Source of the DNA: Candidatus Binatia bacterium
Lineage (GTDB): Bacteria; Patescibacteriota; Patescibacteriia; SG8-24
Direction: 5' to 3'
Assembly: GCA_035495855.1 (NCBI GenBank)
Contig: DATJFD010000002.1
Span: forward strand, 13,365-77,364
Length of the DNA: 64,000 nt
Shown here: positions 16,316-28,144 of the stretch, piece by piece
Position numbering within the stretch: position 1 is the stretch's first letter
How the letters are laid out: each line of letters begins with the position of its first letter
Position numbers and translations under genes: made by a program
The notes under the pieces: generated by a model
What the model saw: the letters and a program-made list of their open reading frames with translations, nothing else
Database searches by the model: none
What the model was told of the DNA's origin: nothing

Positions 16316-17764
16316 ATGATCGTCATGAAGTTCGGCGGCAGTTCCGTCGGGACCGCCGAGGCCATCGGCCAGGTGGCGGGGCTGGTCGAAAGCTACCGCG
16401 AAGAAAAGCCCGTCATCGTCGTTTCAGCCCTCCAGGGCGTCACCGACCGCCTGCTCGCGCTCGCGGACGCGGCGCTCGCGCGCGACCTCGACGCCGTCGA
16501 GGCCGGCCTGGCGCAGCTCCGCAGCCGCCATCGCGAGACCGCCATCGGCGCGGCGGGGGACGACGCCCTCGCCTGCCTCGCGCGCATCGACGCGCTCATG
16601 GGCGAGCTCGGCCACGCGCTGCGCGGCATCGCGGCCCTCGGCGAGCTCTCGCCGCGCTCGCTCGACCTCGTCGTCTCGTTCGGCGAGCGGCTCTCCGCGC
16701 CCATCGTCGCCGCGGCGCTCTCCGCCCGCGGCATCCCCGCGGAGGACGTCGACGCCCGCGCGCTCATCGTCACCGACGACCGCTTCACCTCCGCCGCGGT
16801 GCGCTTCCCGGAGACCGACGCGCGCGTGGCCGCGGCGCTGCCGCCGATGACGGATGCGGGCAAAGTGCCGGTCGTCACCGGTTTCATCGGCGCGACCGAG
16901 GACGGCGTCACGACGACGCTCGGCCGCGGCGGGTCGGACTACAGCGTGGCCATCCTCGCCGGCGCGGTCGGCGCGCGCGAGATCTGGATCTGGAAGGAGG
17001 TCGACGGCGTCATGACCGCGGACCCCGGCACCGTGCCGGACGCGTCGCTGCTCTCGGCCATCAGCTACGACGAAGCCGCCGAGATGTCCTACTTCGGCGC
17101 CAAGGTGCTCCACCCGAAGACGATGATCCCGGCGGTCGAAAGGTCCATCCCCATCAGGATGCGCAACACCTTCCGGCCGGACGCGCCGGGCACGGTCATC
17201 GGCCGCGGCACCGTCGCGTCGCCGCTCGGCGTGAAGGTCGTGACCGCCATCAAGAAGCTCGCCATGGTGACCGTCGAGGGCAAGGGGATGATGGGCATGG
17301 CCGGGTTCGCGGCGCAGGTGCTCGGCGTCGCCGGCCGGCGCGGCATCAACGTCATCATGTTCAGCCAGTCTTCGTCCGAGCAGAACATCTGCCTCGTCAC
17401 CGGCGCCAAGGACGGCCACCGCTTCAAGGCCGAGCTCGAGCGCGAACTGCGCGAAGAACTTTCGCAGCGGCTCATCGACCGTATCACCGTCGAGGACGGC
17501 GTCGCCGCGGTCGCGGTCGTGGGCGAAGGCATGAAGGGCGCGCCCGGCGTGGCCGCGCGGCTGTTCGGCGCGGTCGCGGAGGCGAACGTGAACATCCTCG
17601 CCATCGCGCAAGGATCGTCCGAGCGCAACATCTCGTTCGTGGTCCGCGAGGCCGACGCCGACGCCGCGGTGCGCGAGGTCCACAAGGCCTTCGGCCTGCA
17701 TGATTTGGCCCCCAAGACCACGGCCAAAGCCTCGAAGCTCGAAGCTAGAAGCTCGCAGCTATGA
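16316..17764 (+). CDS. ask: aspartate kinase
   Basis: MIVMKFGGSSVGT..., GRGGSDYS and C-terminal ACT-like repeats. Confidence 0.9.
   Translation: MIVMKFGGSSVGTAEAIGQVAGLVESYREEKPVIVVSALQGVTDRLLALADAALARDLDAVEAGLAQLRSRHRETAIGAAGDDALACLARIDALMGELGHALRGIAALGELSPRSLDLVVSFGERLSAPIVAAALSARGIPAEDVDARALIVTDDRFTSAAVRFPETDARVAAALPPMTDAGKVPVVTGFIGATEDGVTTTLGRGGSDYSVAILAGAVGAREIWIWKEVDGVMTADPGTVPDASLLSAISYDEAAEMSYFGAKVLHPKTMIPAVERSIPIRMRNTFRPDAPGTVIGRGTVASPLGVKVVTAIKKLAMVTVEGKGMMGMAGFAAQVLGVAGRRGINVIMFSQSSSEQNICLVTGAKDGHRFKAELERELREELSQRLIDRITVEDGVAAVAVVGEGMKGAPGVAARLFGAVAEANVNILAIAQGSSERNISFVVREADADAAVREVHKAFGLHDLAPKTTAKASKLEARSSQL
17727..17760 (+). repeat. GCTCRAA heptamer array inside the ask 3' end, abutting the hom ATG
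   Basis: AAGCCTC GAAGCTC GAAGCTA GAAGCTC GCAGCT followed by ATG. Confidence 0.7.
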
Positions 17765-18849
17765 AACTCGTCCCCATCGCCGTCATCGGCAAAGGCAACG
17801 TCGGCAAGGCCTTCCTGCGGCAGGTCGCGGAGGCCCGGCCCAGGTTCCGCGAGCGCGGGCTCGACCTGCGCGTCACCGCCGTGGTCGGCAAGAGCGCCGG
17901 CCTCTACGTGCAGGGCGGGATCCCCGACGCGACCATCGAGGACCTCGCGAACGGCCGCGCGAAGATCGAGAAGACGAGGACCGGCGATGGTCCCGCGGGC
18001 GGCTGGGACGAGGTCACCGCCAACATCGCCGCGGCCGGCGCGCTCGGCCAGGTCGTCGTCGACGCCACGGCCGAGGACGACGCGCGCGTGCACGCGGAAT
18101 GGCTGAAACGCGGCTGGAACGTCGTCACCGCGAACAAGCGGCCGATCACGGGACCGCTCCTGCATTACGACGCCATCCTCGCCGGACGCGACCGTCCCGA
18201 AGCGCCTGGCTACCGCTACGAAGCGACGGTCGGCGCGGGACTGCCGATCATCTCGACGCTCCAGGACATGCTGGCCACCGGCGACGAGGTCATCGAGGTC
18301 AGGGCCGCGGTCTCCGGCACGCTCGGGTTCCTGTTCTCCTCGTGCGAGGAGGGCGTGCCGTTCTCTGCGGCGGTGGCGGAGGCGAAGTCGCGCGGCTACA
18401 CCGAGCCCGACCCGCGTGAGGACCTCTCCGGCGCGGACGTCGCCCGCAAGGCGCTCATCCTCGCCCGGCTGTTCGGCCAGCGCAAGGAATTGAAAGATAT
18501 TCCCGCCGAGAGCCTCGTGCCGCCGGAGCTCGAAGGCGCGACCGTCGAAGAGTTCCTGCGCGAGCTCGGCGGGCACAGCCGCGCGATCGACGATCGCTTC
18601 CGCGCCGTGGCGCGGCGCAAGCACACGCTGCGCTACCTCATGGCCGTCACGCCCTCCGACGTACGCGTCGGCATCGAGGAAGTCCCGGTCGGGACGGCCT
18701 TCGGCGCGCGCAAAGGCCCCGAGAACATGTTCATCATCCGGACGCGGCGCTACAACGCGCTGCCGCTCGTCATCCGCGGCCCCGGCGCGGGCGCCGAGGT
18801 CACCGCGGCCGGCATCTTCGCCGACGTCCTTCGCATCATCAGGCATTGA
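17761..18849 (+). CDS. hom: homoserine dehydrogenase
   Basis: VIGKGNVGKAF Rossmann motif with conserved VVTANK and EPDPREDLSGADVARK. Its ATGA overlaps the ask stop. Confidence 0.85.
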   Translation: MKLVPIAVIGKGNVGKAFLRQVAEARPRFRERGLDLRVTAVVGKSAGLYVQGGIPDATIEDLANGRAKIEKTRTGDGPAGGWDEVTANIAAAGALGQVVVDATAEDDARVHAEWLKRGWNVVTANKRPITGPLLHYDAILAGRDRPEAPGYRYEATVGAGLPIISTLQDMLATGDEVIEVRAAVSGTLGFLFSSCEEGVPFSAAVAEAKSRGYTEPDPREDLSGADVARKALILARLFGQRKELKDIPAESLVPPELEGATVEEFLRELGGHSRAIDDRFRAVARRKHTLRYLMAVTPSDVRVGIEEVPVGTAFGARKGPENMFIIRTRRYNALPLVIRGPGAGAEVTAAGIFADVLRIIRH

Positions 18850-18860
18850 CCCCTTCATCT

Positions 18861-19916
18861 ATGAACGCACCCCGCTATCGCATCGGCATCCTCGGCGCCA
18901 CCGGCATGGTCGGCCAGCGGATGCTCTCGCTCCTCGACGGCCATCCTTGGTTCACCGTGACCGCGCTCGGCGCTTCCGAACAATCCGCCGGCAAGCGCTA
19001 CACCGACGCCGCCGCCTGGCAACTCGACCAGCCCATGCCCGCCTGGGCCCGCGACATGGTCGTGAAGAACTGCGTGCCGGACCTCGAGTGCGACCTGGTC
19101 CTCTCCGGCCTCGACAACGCCGTGGCCGGCGAGATCGAAGAGACGTTCGCCGCCGCCGGCTATCCCGTCATCTCGAACGCCAAGAACCACCGCATGGAAG
19201 CGGACGTGCCGCTCGTCATCCCCGAGGTGAACCCCGGGCATCTCGACGTCCTCGCGCGGCAGCGGGCGATGCGCGGCTGGAAGAAGGGCTGCATCGTCAC
19301 GAACCCCAACTGCTCGACCGTCGGCCTCGTCTGCGCGCTCAAGCCGCTCCAGGATTCGTTCGGCCTGCGCAAGGCGATGGTCACGACCATGCAGGCGATC
19401 TCCGGCGCGGGCTATCCCGGCGTCGCCTCGCTCGACATCCTCGACAACGTCATCCCGTTCATCAAAGGCGAAGAGGAGAAGATGCAGTCCGAGACGATGA
19501 AACTGCTCGGCAACTTCGACGGCGAGAAGTTCGCCGACGCGGACATGGCCGTCTCCGCGCACTGCAATCGCGTGCATGTCCGCGACGGGCATCTCGAATG
19601 CGTCTCGGTGGAGCTCGAGGAGCAGGCCTCGCCCGAACAGGTCGTCGAGGCGTGGCGCTCCTTCAAGCCGGAGGTCGCGGCCCTGAAGCTGCCGAGCGTG
19701 CCCGACCCGTTCATCGTCTATAAAGATGAAGAGAACCGTCCGCAGCCGCGGCGCGACCGCGAGGCGGGCAAGGGGATGACGGTCTCCGTCGGCCGGCTGC
19801 GCAAATGCCCCATCCTTCAGTACAAGTTCGTCGTGCTCTCGCACAACACCGTCCGCGGCGCGGCCGGCGCGGCGATCGCCGACGCCGAACTGCTCGTCGC
19901 CAAGGGGCTGGTCTGA
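18861..19916 (+). CDS. asd: aspartate-semialdehyde dehydrogenase
   Basis: IGILGATGMVGQR, active-site NPNCST, and SHNTVRGAAG at the end. An alternative TTG start lies at 18846. Confidence 0.85.
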   Translation: MNAPRYRIGILGATGMVGQRMLSLLDGHPWFTVTALGASEQSAGKRYTDAAAWQLDQPMPAWARDMVVKNCVPDLECDLVLSGLDNAVAGEIEETFAAAGYPVISNAKNHRMEADVPLVIPEVNPGHLDVLARQRAMRGWKKGCIVTNPNCSTVGLVCALKPLQDSFGLRKAMVTTMQAISGAGYPGVASLDILDNVIPFIKGEEEKMQSETMKLLGNFDGEKFADADMAVSAHCNRVHVRDGHLECVSVELEEQASPEQVVEAWRSFKPEVAALKLPSVPDPFIVYKDEENRPQPRRDREAGKGMTVSVGRLRKCPILQYKFVVLSHNTVRGAAGAAIADAELLVAKGLV

Positions 19917-20017
19917 GAGCACGAAAAAGGAAAATAGCAAGGGTCCCCCGAAAGGGGGGACTGGACGAACTCAGCGCCGGGTTTAAGGTGAGAACGTAAG
20001 TCATTAAGTCCACGCGT

Positions 20018-20323
20018 ATGCACAAGGAAATGTTGTTCGCGTACGGCACGCTCCGGGACGGTGACATCCGCAAGGCGCTGTTCGGCGGCCTGCCGGCGGG
20101 AGAACCCGACATGTTGCACGGGTTCCTGAAGACGACGACGTCGATCAGCGGCGTCCATTACCCGAACATCGTCCCCGCCGAGGACGTGGTCGTGCACGGC
20201 GAAGTGCTGGAGGTGGACGAAGACACGCTGCGGCGCGTCGACGCCTACGAATCCGAGGCGTACCAGCGGCGCAGGATGCGGCTCGCGAGCGGGAAACAGG
20301 CCTGGGTCTACATCAGGGACTGA
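20018..20323 (+). CDS. gamma-glutamylcyclotransferase (AIG2/GGACT-like) family protein
   Basis: LFAYGTLR...VHGEVLEV...LRRVDAYE pattern. Confidence 0.65.
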   Translation: MHKEMLFAYGTLRDGDIRKALFGGLPAGEPDMLHGFLKTTTSISGVHYPNIVPAEDVVVHGEVLEVDEDTLRRVDAYESEAYQRRRMRLASGKQAWVYIRD

Positions 20324-20326
20324 CGC

Positions 20327-21277
20327 ATGCCGATGACGCACGCCAGAGCCTTCGCGCCCGCGACCGTCGCCAACGTCGGTCCCGGTTTCGACGTCTTCGG
20401 GTTCGCGCTCGAGCGGCCGGGGGACGTCGTCGAAGCCTGGAGGAACGGCAAGCGCGGCGCGCGCCTCGTCGAGGTCACCGGCGACGACGGGAAGCTTCCG
20501 CGCGACGCGGCGACGAACGTCGCTTCCGCGGTCGCCGCGCGGATGCTGCGCGGCTCCGGAGCGAAGTTCGGCGTCGCGCTCCGCCTGGAGAAAGGGCTGC
20601 CGCTCGGCAGCGGGCTCGGCTCGTCCTCCGCTTCCGCGGTCGCCGCGGCCGTGGCCGTCAACGCGCTGCTCGACCGCCCGTACACGGAGGATGAACTGCT
20701 CGAGTTCGCGCGCTACGGCGAGAAGGTCGCCTGCGGAGCCGCGCACGTCGACAACGTCGCCCCCGCGCTCTTCGGCGGCTTCACCGTCGTCGTCCGCCAG
20801 GACCCGCCGGAAGTCGTCCGCCTGCGCTGCCCCAAGACCTGGCGCGCGGTCGTCGCGCATCCCCGTTTCGAGCTTTCCACCCGCAAGGCGCGCGCGGTGC
20901 TGCCGCGCGAGGTGCCGCTTTCGCGCATGACCGCCAACGTCGCAGCCGCAGCCGCCGCGGTCGCGGCCGTGATGGGCGGCGACCTCGCCGCGCTGGGACG
21001 CGCCATCACCCGCGAGGCCGTCATCACGCGCGCCCGCGCGGGCCTCATCCCCGGCTTCAAGGAGGTCGGCGAAGCCGCCTTGTCCGCCGGCGCCGCGGGC
21101 TTTTCCATCTCCGGCGCGGGCCCGTCGATCTTCGCGTTGACCGACGGCGACCGCCGTGCGACGCTCGTGGGAGCGAAGATGATCGCGGCCTGGAGGCGCC
21201 TCGGCATCGCCGCGGACCTCTATCTGAGCCGCGTCGGCGCCCCGGGCGCCCGCCTTTTGGAAGACACAAGGAGCTAG
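20327..21277 (+). CDS. thrB: homoserine kinase
   Basis: ATVANVGPGFDVFG and the GHMP motif GLPLGSGLGSSSAS. Confidence 0.9.
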   Translation: MPMTHARAFAPATVANVGPGFDVFGFALERPGDVVEAWRNGKRGARLVEVTGDDGKLPRDAATNVASAVAARMLRGSGAKFGVALRLEKGLPLGSGLGSSSASAVAAAVAVNALLDRPYTEDELLEFARYGEKVACGAAHVDNVAPALFGGFTVVVRQDPPEVVRLRCPKTWRAVVAHPRFELSTRKARAVLPREVPLSRMTANVAAAAAAVAAVMGGDLAALGRAITREAVITRARAGLIPGFKEVGEAALSAGAAGFSISGAGPSIFALTDGDRRATLVGAKMIAAWRRLGIAADLYLSRVGAPGARLLEDTRS

Positions 21278-21279
21278 TT

Positions 21280-22584
21280 ATGCAAAGCGCGACCCGTCTC
21301 GCCTGCGTTCTTTGCGGAGCGGCATACCCGCTCGACGATCGCATGTCGTGCGGCTGCGGGGGACTCCTCGACGTCGTTCACGACATGCATGCGGCCGCGA
21401 AACGCGGCCCCGACGGCTGGAAGCGCCTGTTCGCGTCCCGCCGCGCGGGCCCGATGTCGCCCGCGGACGCGAGCGGCGTCTGGCGTTACCGCGAACTCGT
21501 CGTGCCCGACCTCGACCCGGACGAGCTCGTCACCCGCGGGGAAGGCAACACCCGCCTCTACGGCCCCGGGCTCTTCAGGAAGGCCAACGCCTTCATGGGC
21601 ACGGACGCCGTCTCCTTCAAGCATGAAGGGGAGAACCCGACCGGCTCGTTCAAGGACCGCGGCATGACCGTGGCCATGAGCTGGGCCAGGAAGCGCGGCG
21701 CCAAGACCGTCGTGTGCGCCTCGACCGGCAACACCTCGGCCGCCGTCGCCTCGTACGCCTCGCTCGCCGGACTGCCCGCCGTCATCATCATCTCCGAGAA
21801 GGGGACGGCGCTCGGCAAGGTCGCGCAATCGCTCGCCTACGGCGCGCGCTGCGTGATGATCCGCGGCGACTTCGACGCCGCCCTCAGGCTGGTCATGGCC
21901 TCCAAGGACAAGCTCGGGCTCACGGTCATGAACTCCGTGAACCCGATCCGCCTCGAAGGCCAGAAGACCATCATCTGGGAGGCGCTCGAGCAGCGCGGCT
22001 GGGACCCGCCCGACTGGTTCGTCGTTCCCGGGGGAAACCTCGGCAACGCCGCCGCCTTCGGCAAGGCGCTGCGCGAGGCCGTCGACCTCGGGCTCATCGC
22101 CCGCATGCCGCGGCTCGCCGTGGTGCAGGCCGCCGGCGCGGACCCGTTCTACAAGGCCTCGCTCGCCGGCTGGAAGCGCGGCCCCGTCGCCGCGAAGACC
22201 ATCGCGACCGCCATCAAGATCGGCGACCCGGTGAACTTCGACAAGGCCGTGCGCGCCATCAACTGGACGAACGGCGCCGTGACCGAGGTCGACGACCAGG
22301 CCATCATGGACGCCAAGGCCGCGCTCGACGCGGACGGCGTCGGCGCCGAACCCGCCTCCTGCGCCACCGCCGCCGGCATCCGCCGGCTCGTGGCCGAAGG
22401 GGTCATGCGCAAGGACGAGACCGCGATCGCCGTGCTCACCGGGAACTTCCTCAAGGACCCGGACGCGACCATGGGCTACCACGCGGGCACGCTCGACGGC
22501 ATCGCCTCGAACGCGGCCAACCGGCCGGTCGTCATCGACGCGACGCTCGACGCGCTCGAAGCCGCCCTCGCCGCGCCGCGATAA
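21280..22584 (+). CDS. thrC: threonine synthase
   Basis: PLP lysine motif NPTGSFKDRGM and GNLGNA, with N-terminal Cys pairs. Confidence 0.9.
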   Translation: MQSATRLACVLCGAAYPLDDRMSCGCGGLLDVVHDMHAAAKRGPDGWKRLFASRRAGPMSPADASGVWRYRELVVPDLDPDELVTRGEGNTRLYGPGLFRKANAFMGTDAVSFKHEGENPTGSFKDRGMTVAMSWARKRGAKTVVCASTGNTSAAVASYASLAGLPAVIIISEKGTALGKVAQSLAYGARCVMIRGDFDAALRLVMASKDKLGLTVMNSVNPIRLEGQKTIIWEALEQRGWDPPDWFVVPGGNLGNAAAFGKALREAVDLGLIARMPRLAVVQAAGADPFYKASLAGWKRGPVAAKTIATAIKIGDPVNFDKAVRAINWTNGAVTEVDDQAIMDAKAALDADGVGAEPASCATAAGIRRLVAEGVMRKDETAIAVLTGNFLKDPDATMGYHAGTLDGIASNAANRPVVIDATLDALEAALAAPR

Positions 22585-22620
22585 AAAAGACCCCGACAGC
22601 CGTCGGGGTCGTTTTCTTTT
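22584..22620. terminator. bidirectional intrinsic terminator
   Basis: AAAAAAGACCCCGAC-agcc-GTCGGGGTC followed by GTTTTCTTTT, between convergent genes. Confidence 0.75.
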
Positions 22621-23054
22621 CAGGAGTGCCGGACCGAGATCCGGCCGAGCATGTTCGTCATGTGGACGTGGAGGCGCCGCGCCTGGGAAGGCGACATGTG
22701 CCGCATCATCATCTTCTCGAGGCGCTGGACCTCCGCTTCCTCCGCCTTGCCGTCCCCGTCGCCGACGAACGAATCGCCGATGAGGATATGCAGGCATTCG
22801 TGCACGAAGGTCGCGATGACGTCCTCGCGGTAGTCCACGAAGATGGTGCGCGTCTCCTCGTCGACCATGCCGACGCAGGCGGTGACGGGCCGGCCGGTCC
22901 TGTCCGTCAGGCCGAGGCGTTTCGACACGCGGGGGTTCCCGAACATGTCGATGTACACGAGCCGCCACTCGTACTGGCCGCACAGCTTGTAGATGCGGTG
23001 CATGAGGCGGTAATGCAGCCGGCGCTCGCGGCGCCGGCGATCGTTCTTCGCCAT
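22620..23054 (-). CDS. hypothetical small HExxH protein (putative zinc metallopeptidase-like)
   Basis: 144 aa with a basic N-terminus and an FVHECLHIL (HExxH) motif. No family recognised. Confidence 0.5.
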   Translation of the reverse strand: MAKNDRRRRERRLHYRLMHRIYKLCGQYEWRLVYIDMFGNPRVSKRLGLTDRTGRPVTACVGMVDEETRTIFVDYREDVIATFVHECLHILIGDSFVGDGDGKAEEAEVQRLEKMMMRHMSPSQARRLHVHMTNMLGRISVRHS

Positions 23055-23135
23055 GGCACGCTCCGGGTCCGGACACGGTTCGAAAGGGCTTCCTCAGCAG
23101 TACCAAAGGGAACGCCGAGGCGCAAACCGAAGGCC

Positions 23136-23219
23136 GAGTACCCAGTACTCAGTACTCAGTAAACAGAGGTCGGCGTCGATTCTGTGTACTGTGTACTGAG
23201 TACTGTTTACCGTGTACTC
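23136..23219. repeat. heptamer-word palindrome (GTACTCA/GTAAACA words)
   Basis: Lies in a divergent intergenic region. Uses the same word family as 53756-53830. Confidence 0.7.
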
Positions 23220-23227
23220 GCCCGTCC

Positions 23228-23236
23228 TGCTATAAT
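23228..23236 (+). promoter_or_regulatory. extended -10 box TGcTATAAT, 6 nt upstream of ATG 23243 (leaderless-type)
   Basis: Read directly. No Shine-Dalgarno is possible in the 6-nt gap. Confidence 0.5.
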
Positions 23237-23242
23237 CGTCCC

Positions 23243-23572
23243 ATGAGCAAGAAGTGCGGCGTCGACCGCGAGAACGCCATCATGTACCTCAAGGACGTCG
23301 AGCCGTTGTGGCGCGCTTTCTGGCTGCACATGCACCTGATGGCCAAGAACCTCCGCGAGTTCGGCGAGGGGCTGGCCACGGTGAGCGACGACGTCTTCGC
23401 CTACCACGTGAGCGGACAGAAGAACGACCTCAGCCGCTGGGTGCAGGAAGTGATCGGCGACGCCTCGCTGGCCGAGGACCTGCGCACCGTGAAGGACCAG
23501 CGCGAGGCCTCCCGCATCGTCCTCGACCGCGTGGCCGAGCTCGAGCTCGCGGCGGCCGGAAGGGCCGCTTGA
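23243..23572 (+). CDS. hypothetical protein (pattern reminiscent of DUF5752, not verified)
   Basis: 109 aa with GC3-rich codons. FAYHVSGQKNDLSRWVQEVIGD pattern. Confidence 0.5.
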   Translation: MSKKCGVDRENAIMYLKDVEPLWRAFWLHMHLMAKNLREFGEGLATVSDDVFAYHVSGQKNDLSRWVQEVIGDASLAEDLRTVKDQREASRIVLDRVAELELAAAGRAA

Positions 23573-23622
23573 TGAACGCCGCGCGGCGCGCTATCGTGAT
23601 GCCAAGATCCATTCATTAAACT

Positions 23623-23799
23623 ATGAAGGAAAAGGCGAACGCCACCAGGCTCGCATGCACCGTCTGCGAGCACGAACACAAGGATGACGGCACCTGCGAA
23701 TGCGGGTGCGAGGCCGAGCAGCAGGTCGATCAGATCTGCTGGAACTGCGGCCACGCCATGCACAACGAGAGGGAATGCAAGTGCGGCTGCCTCGGCTGA
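23623..23799 (+). CDS. 58-aa Cys/His-rich miniprotein with an internal duplication
   Basis: MKEKANATRLACTVCEHEHKDDGTCECGCEAEQQVDQICWNCGHAMHNERECKCGCLG has 10 Cys arranged twice as CxxCxHxxHx5CxCxC. Codons are GC3-rich. It is absent from the ORF track because it is under 60 aa. Confidence 0.55.
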   Translation: MKEKANATRLACTVCEHEHKDDGTCECGCEAEQQVDQICWNCGHAMHNERECKCGCLG

Positions 23800-23854
23800 G
23801 CCCGGGCCTCCGCGGACACGGCGCTTCGGCGCGCGTCTTTTTTGACCATAACGT

Positions 23855-24436
23855 ATGACCGGAAAGGAAGTCGTCCTCGACATCGAAACCTCCAACAGCT
23901 TCGCCGACGTCGGCAAGTACGATCCGAGCCTGCTCAAGGTCTCGCTCGTCGGCCTGTACTCGTACGCGACCGACAAGTACGAGTCGTTCCTCGAGCCTGA
24001 CCTGCCGAAGCTCTGGCGCATCCTCGAGTCCGCCGACCGCATCATCGGCTATAACCTCTTCGGCTTCGACTACACCGTCCTCAACGAGTACTACGCCGGC
24101 GACCTCCACAAGTTCCCGACGCTCGACGTGATGCTCGAGATCGAGAAGAAGCTCGGCTTCCGCATCAAGCTCGACGACGTCGCCCACGGCTCGCTCGGGG
24201 TGGGGAAGTCCGGCAACGGTCTCCAGGCCATCGAGTTCTTCCGCCGCGGCGAGATCGACAAGCTGCGCGACTACTGCCTCATGGACGTGAAGGTAACGAA
24301 GGAGGTCTACGAGTTCGGGCTCGCCAACAAGCACGTGAAGTTCAAGGACCGCCAGGGCCAGCTCGTGCAGGTGCCGATCGACTTCGCCATCAAGCAGGAA
24401 GAGAAGAAGGCGGTGTCGATGACGCTGCCGTTGTAA
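23855..24436 (+). CDS. DEDD-type 3'-5' exonuclease (RNase H-like fold) family protein
   Basis: VLDIETS (ExoI), GYNLFGFDYTVL (ExoII) and YCLMDV (ExoIII) motifs. Confidence 0.7.
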   Translation: MTGKEVVLDIETSNSFADVGKYDPSLLKVSLVGLYSYATDKYESFLEPDLPKLWRILESADRIIGYNLFGFDYTVLNEYYAGDLHKFPTLDVMLEIEKKLGFRIKLDDVAHGSLGVGKSGNGLQAIEFFRRGEIDKLRDYCLMDVKVTKEVYEFGLANKHVKFKDRQGQLVQVPIDFAIKQEEKKAVSMTLPL

Positions 24437-24556
24437 AGGGCAGAGGGCAAAGGACAGAGTCGAGAGGTAAGGATGTTCAAAAAACGCCCTGCGAGCGCAG
24501 GGCGTTTTCAGTAGGTCCCTTCCTCTTACCTCTGCCCTCTGTCCTTTGTCCTTTTT
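24436..24556. repeat. nested palindrome with conserved terminator core
   Basis: GGGCAGAGGGCAAAGGACAGAG.. AAAAAACGCCCTGCGAGCGCAGGGCGTTTT ..CTCTGCCCTCTGTCCTTTGTCC. Confidence 0.8.
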
Positions 24557-24650
24557 TCCAAGCGCCGTGAAACGCATCTTGCTAACTTTTTCCTCGCGTA
24601 AACAGCCTTATAAACGGGCTTTCCATGCGTCGCGGCGTTATCCACAATGA

Positions 24651-24666
24651 CCACAACATATTGTGG
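24651..24666 (+). promoter_or_regulatory. NrdR box 1 (CCACAACATATTGTGG), overlapping the TGgTATACT -10 box at 24664-24672
   Basis: Matches the known NrdR-box consensus acaCwAtATaTwGtgt. Confidence 0.7.
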
Positions 24667-24683
24667 TATACTCGAACTAATCG

Positions 24684-24699
24684 ACACTATATGTTGTGT
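24684..24699 (+). promoter_or_regulatory. NrdR box 2 (ACACTATATGTTGTGT)
   Basis: Second box, centre about 33 bp from box 1, upstream of the RNR gene. Confidence 0.7.
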
Positions 24700-24789
24700 A
24701 TAACTGTCCTTTCCCGAGCCCGTTGCGCGGAACGCAGCGAGCGAGTATAACTTCTCAGCACGAACGAAATATTTTCTTCACCGCGCATT

Positions 24790-27987
<3,198 letters not shown>

Positions 27988-28101
27988 AAAGTGCTATACT
28001 GAGAACGAACAATGATCCCGTGCGTCAGCAATGCTGATACGGCGGCGAGCCCCTCCTCACGCTTATGCCTCTAATAAGGTAAAGGAGGTGATCACAAACT
28101 A

Positions 28102-28136
28102 CGGCGCCCGGTCCGCAAGGGCCGGGCGCCGTTTTG
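28102..28136 (+). terminator. intrinsic terminator between nrdJ and cobO
   Basis: ACGGCGCCCGG-tccgcaag-GGCCGGGCGCCGT followed by TTT. Confidence 0.7.
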
Positions 28137-28144
28137 GTCCCGAT

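Noticed and set aside
24560-24789. Cobalamin riboswitch upstream of nrdJ.
   Set aside because: I found no B12-box-like sequence. The region is instead explained by the promoter plus two NrdR boxes and a ~120-nt leader.
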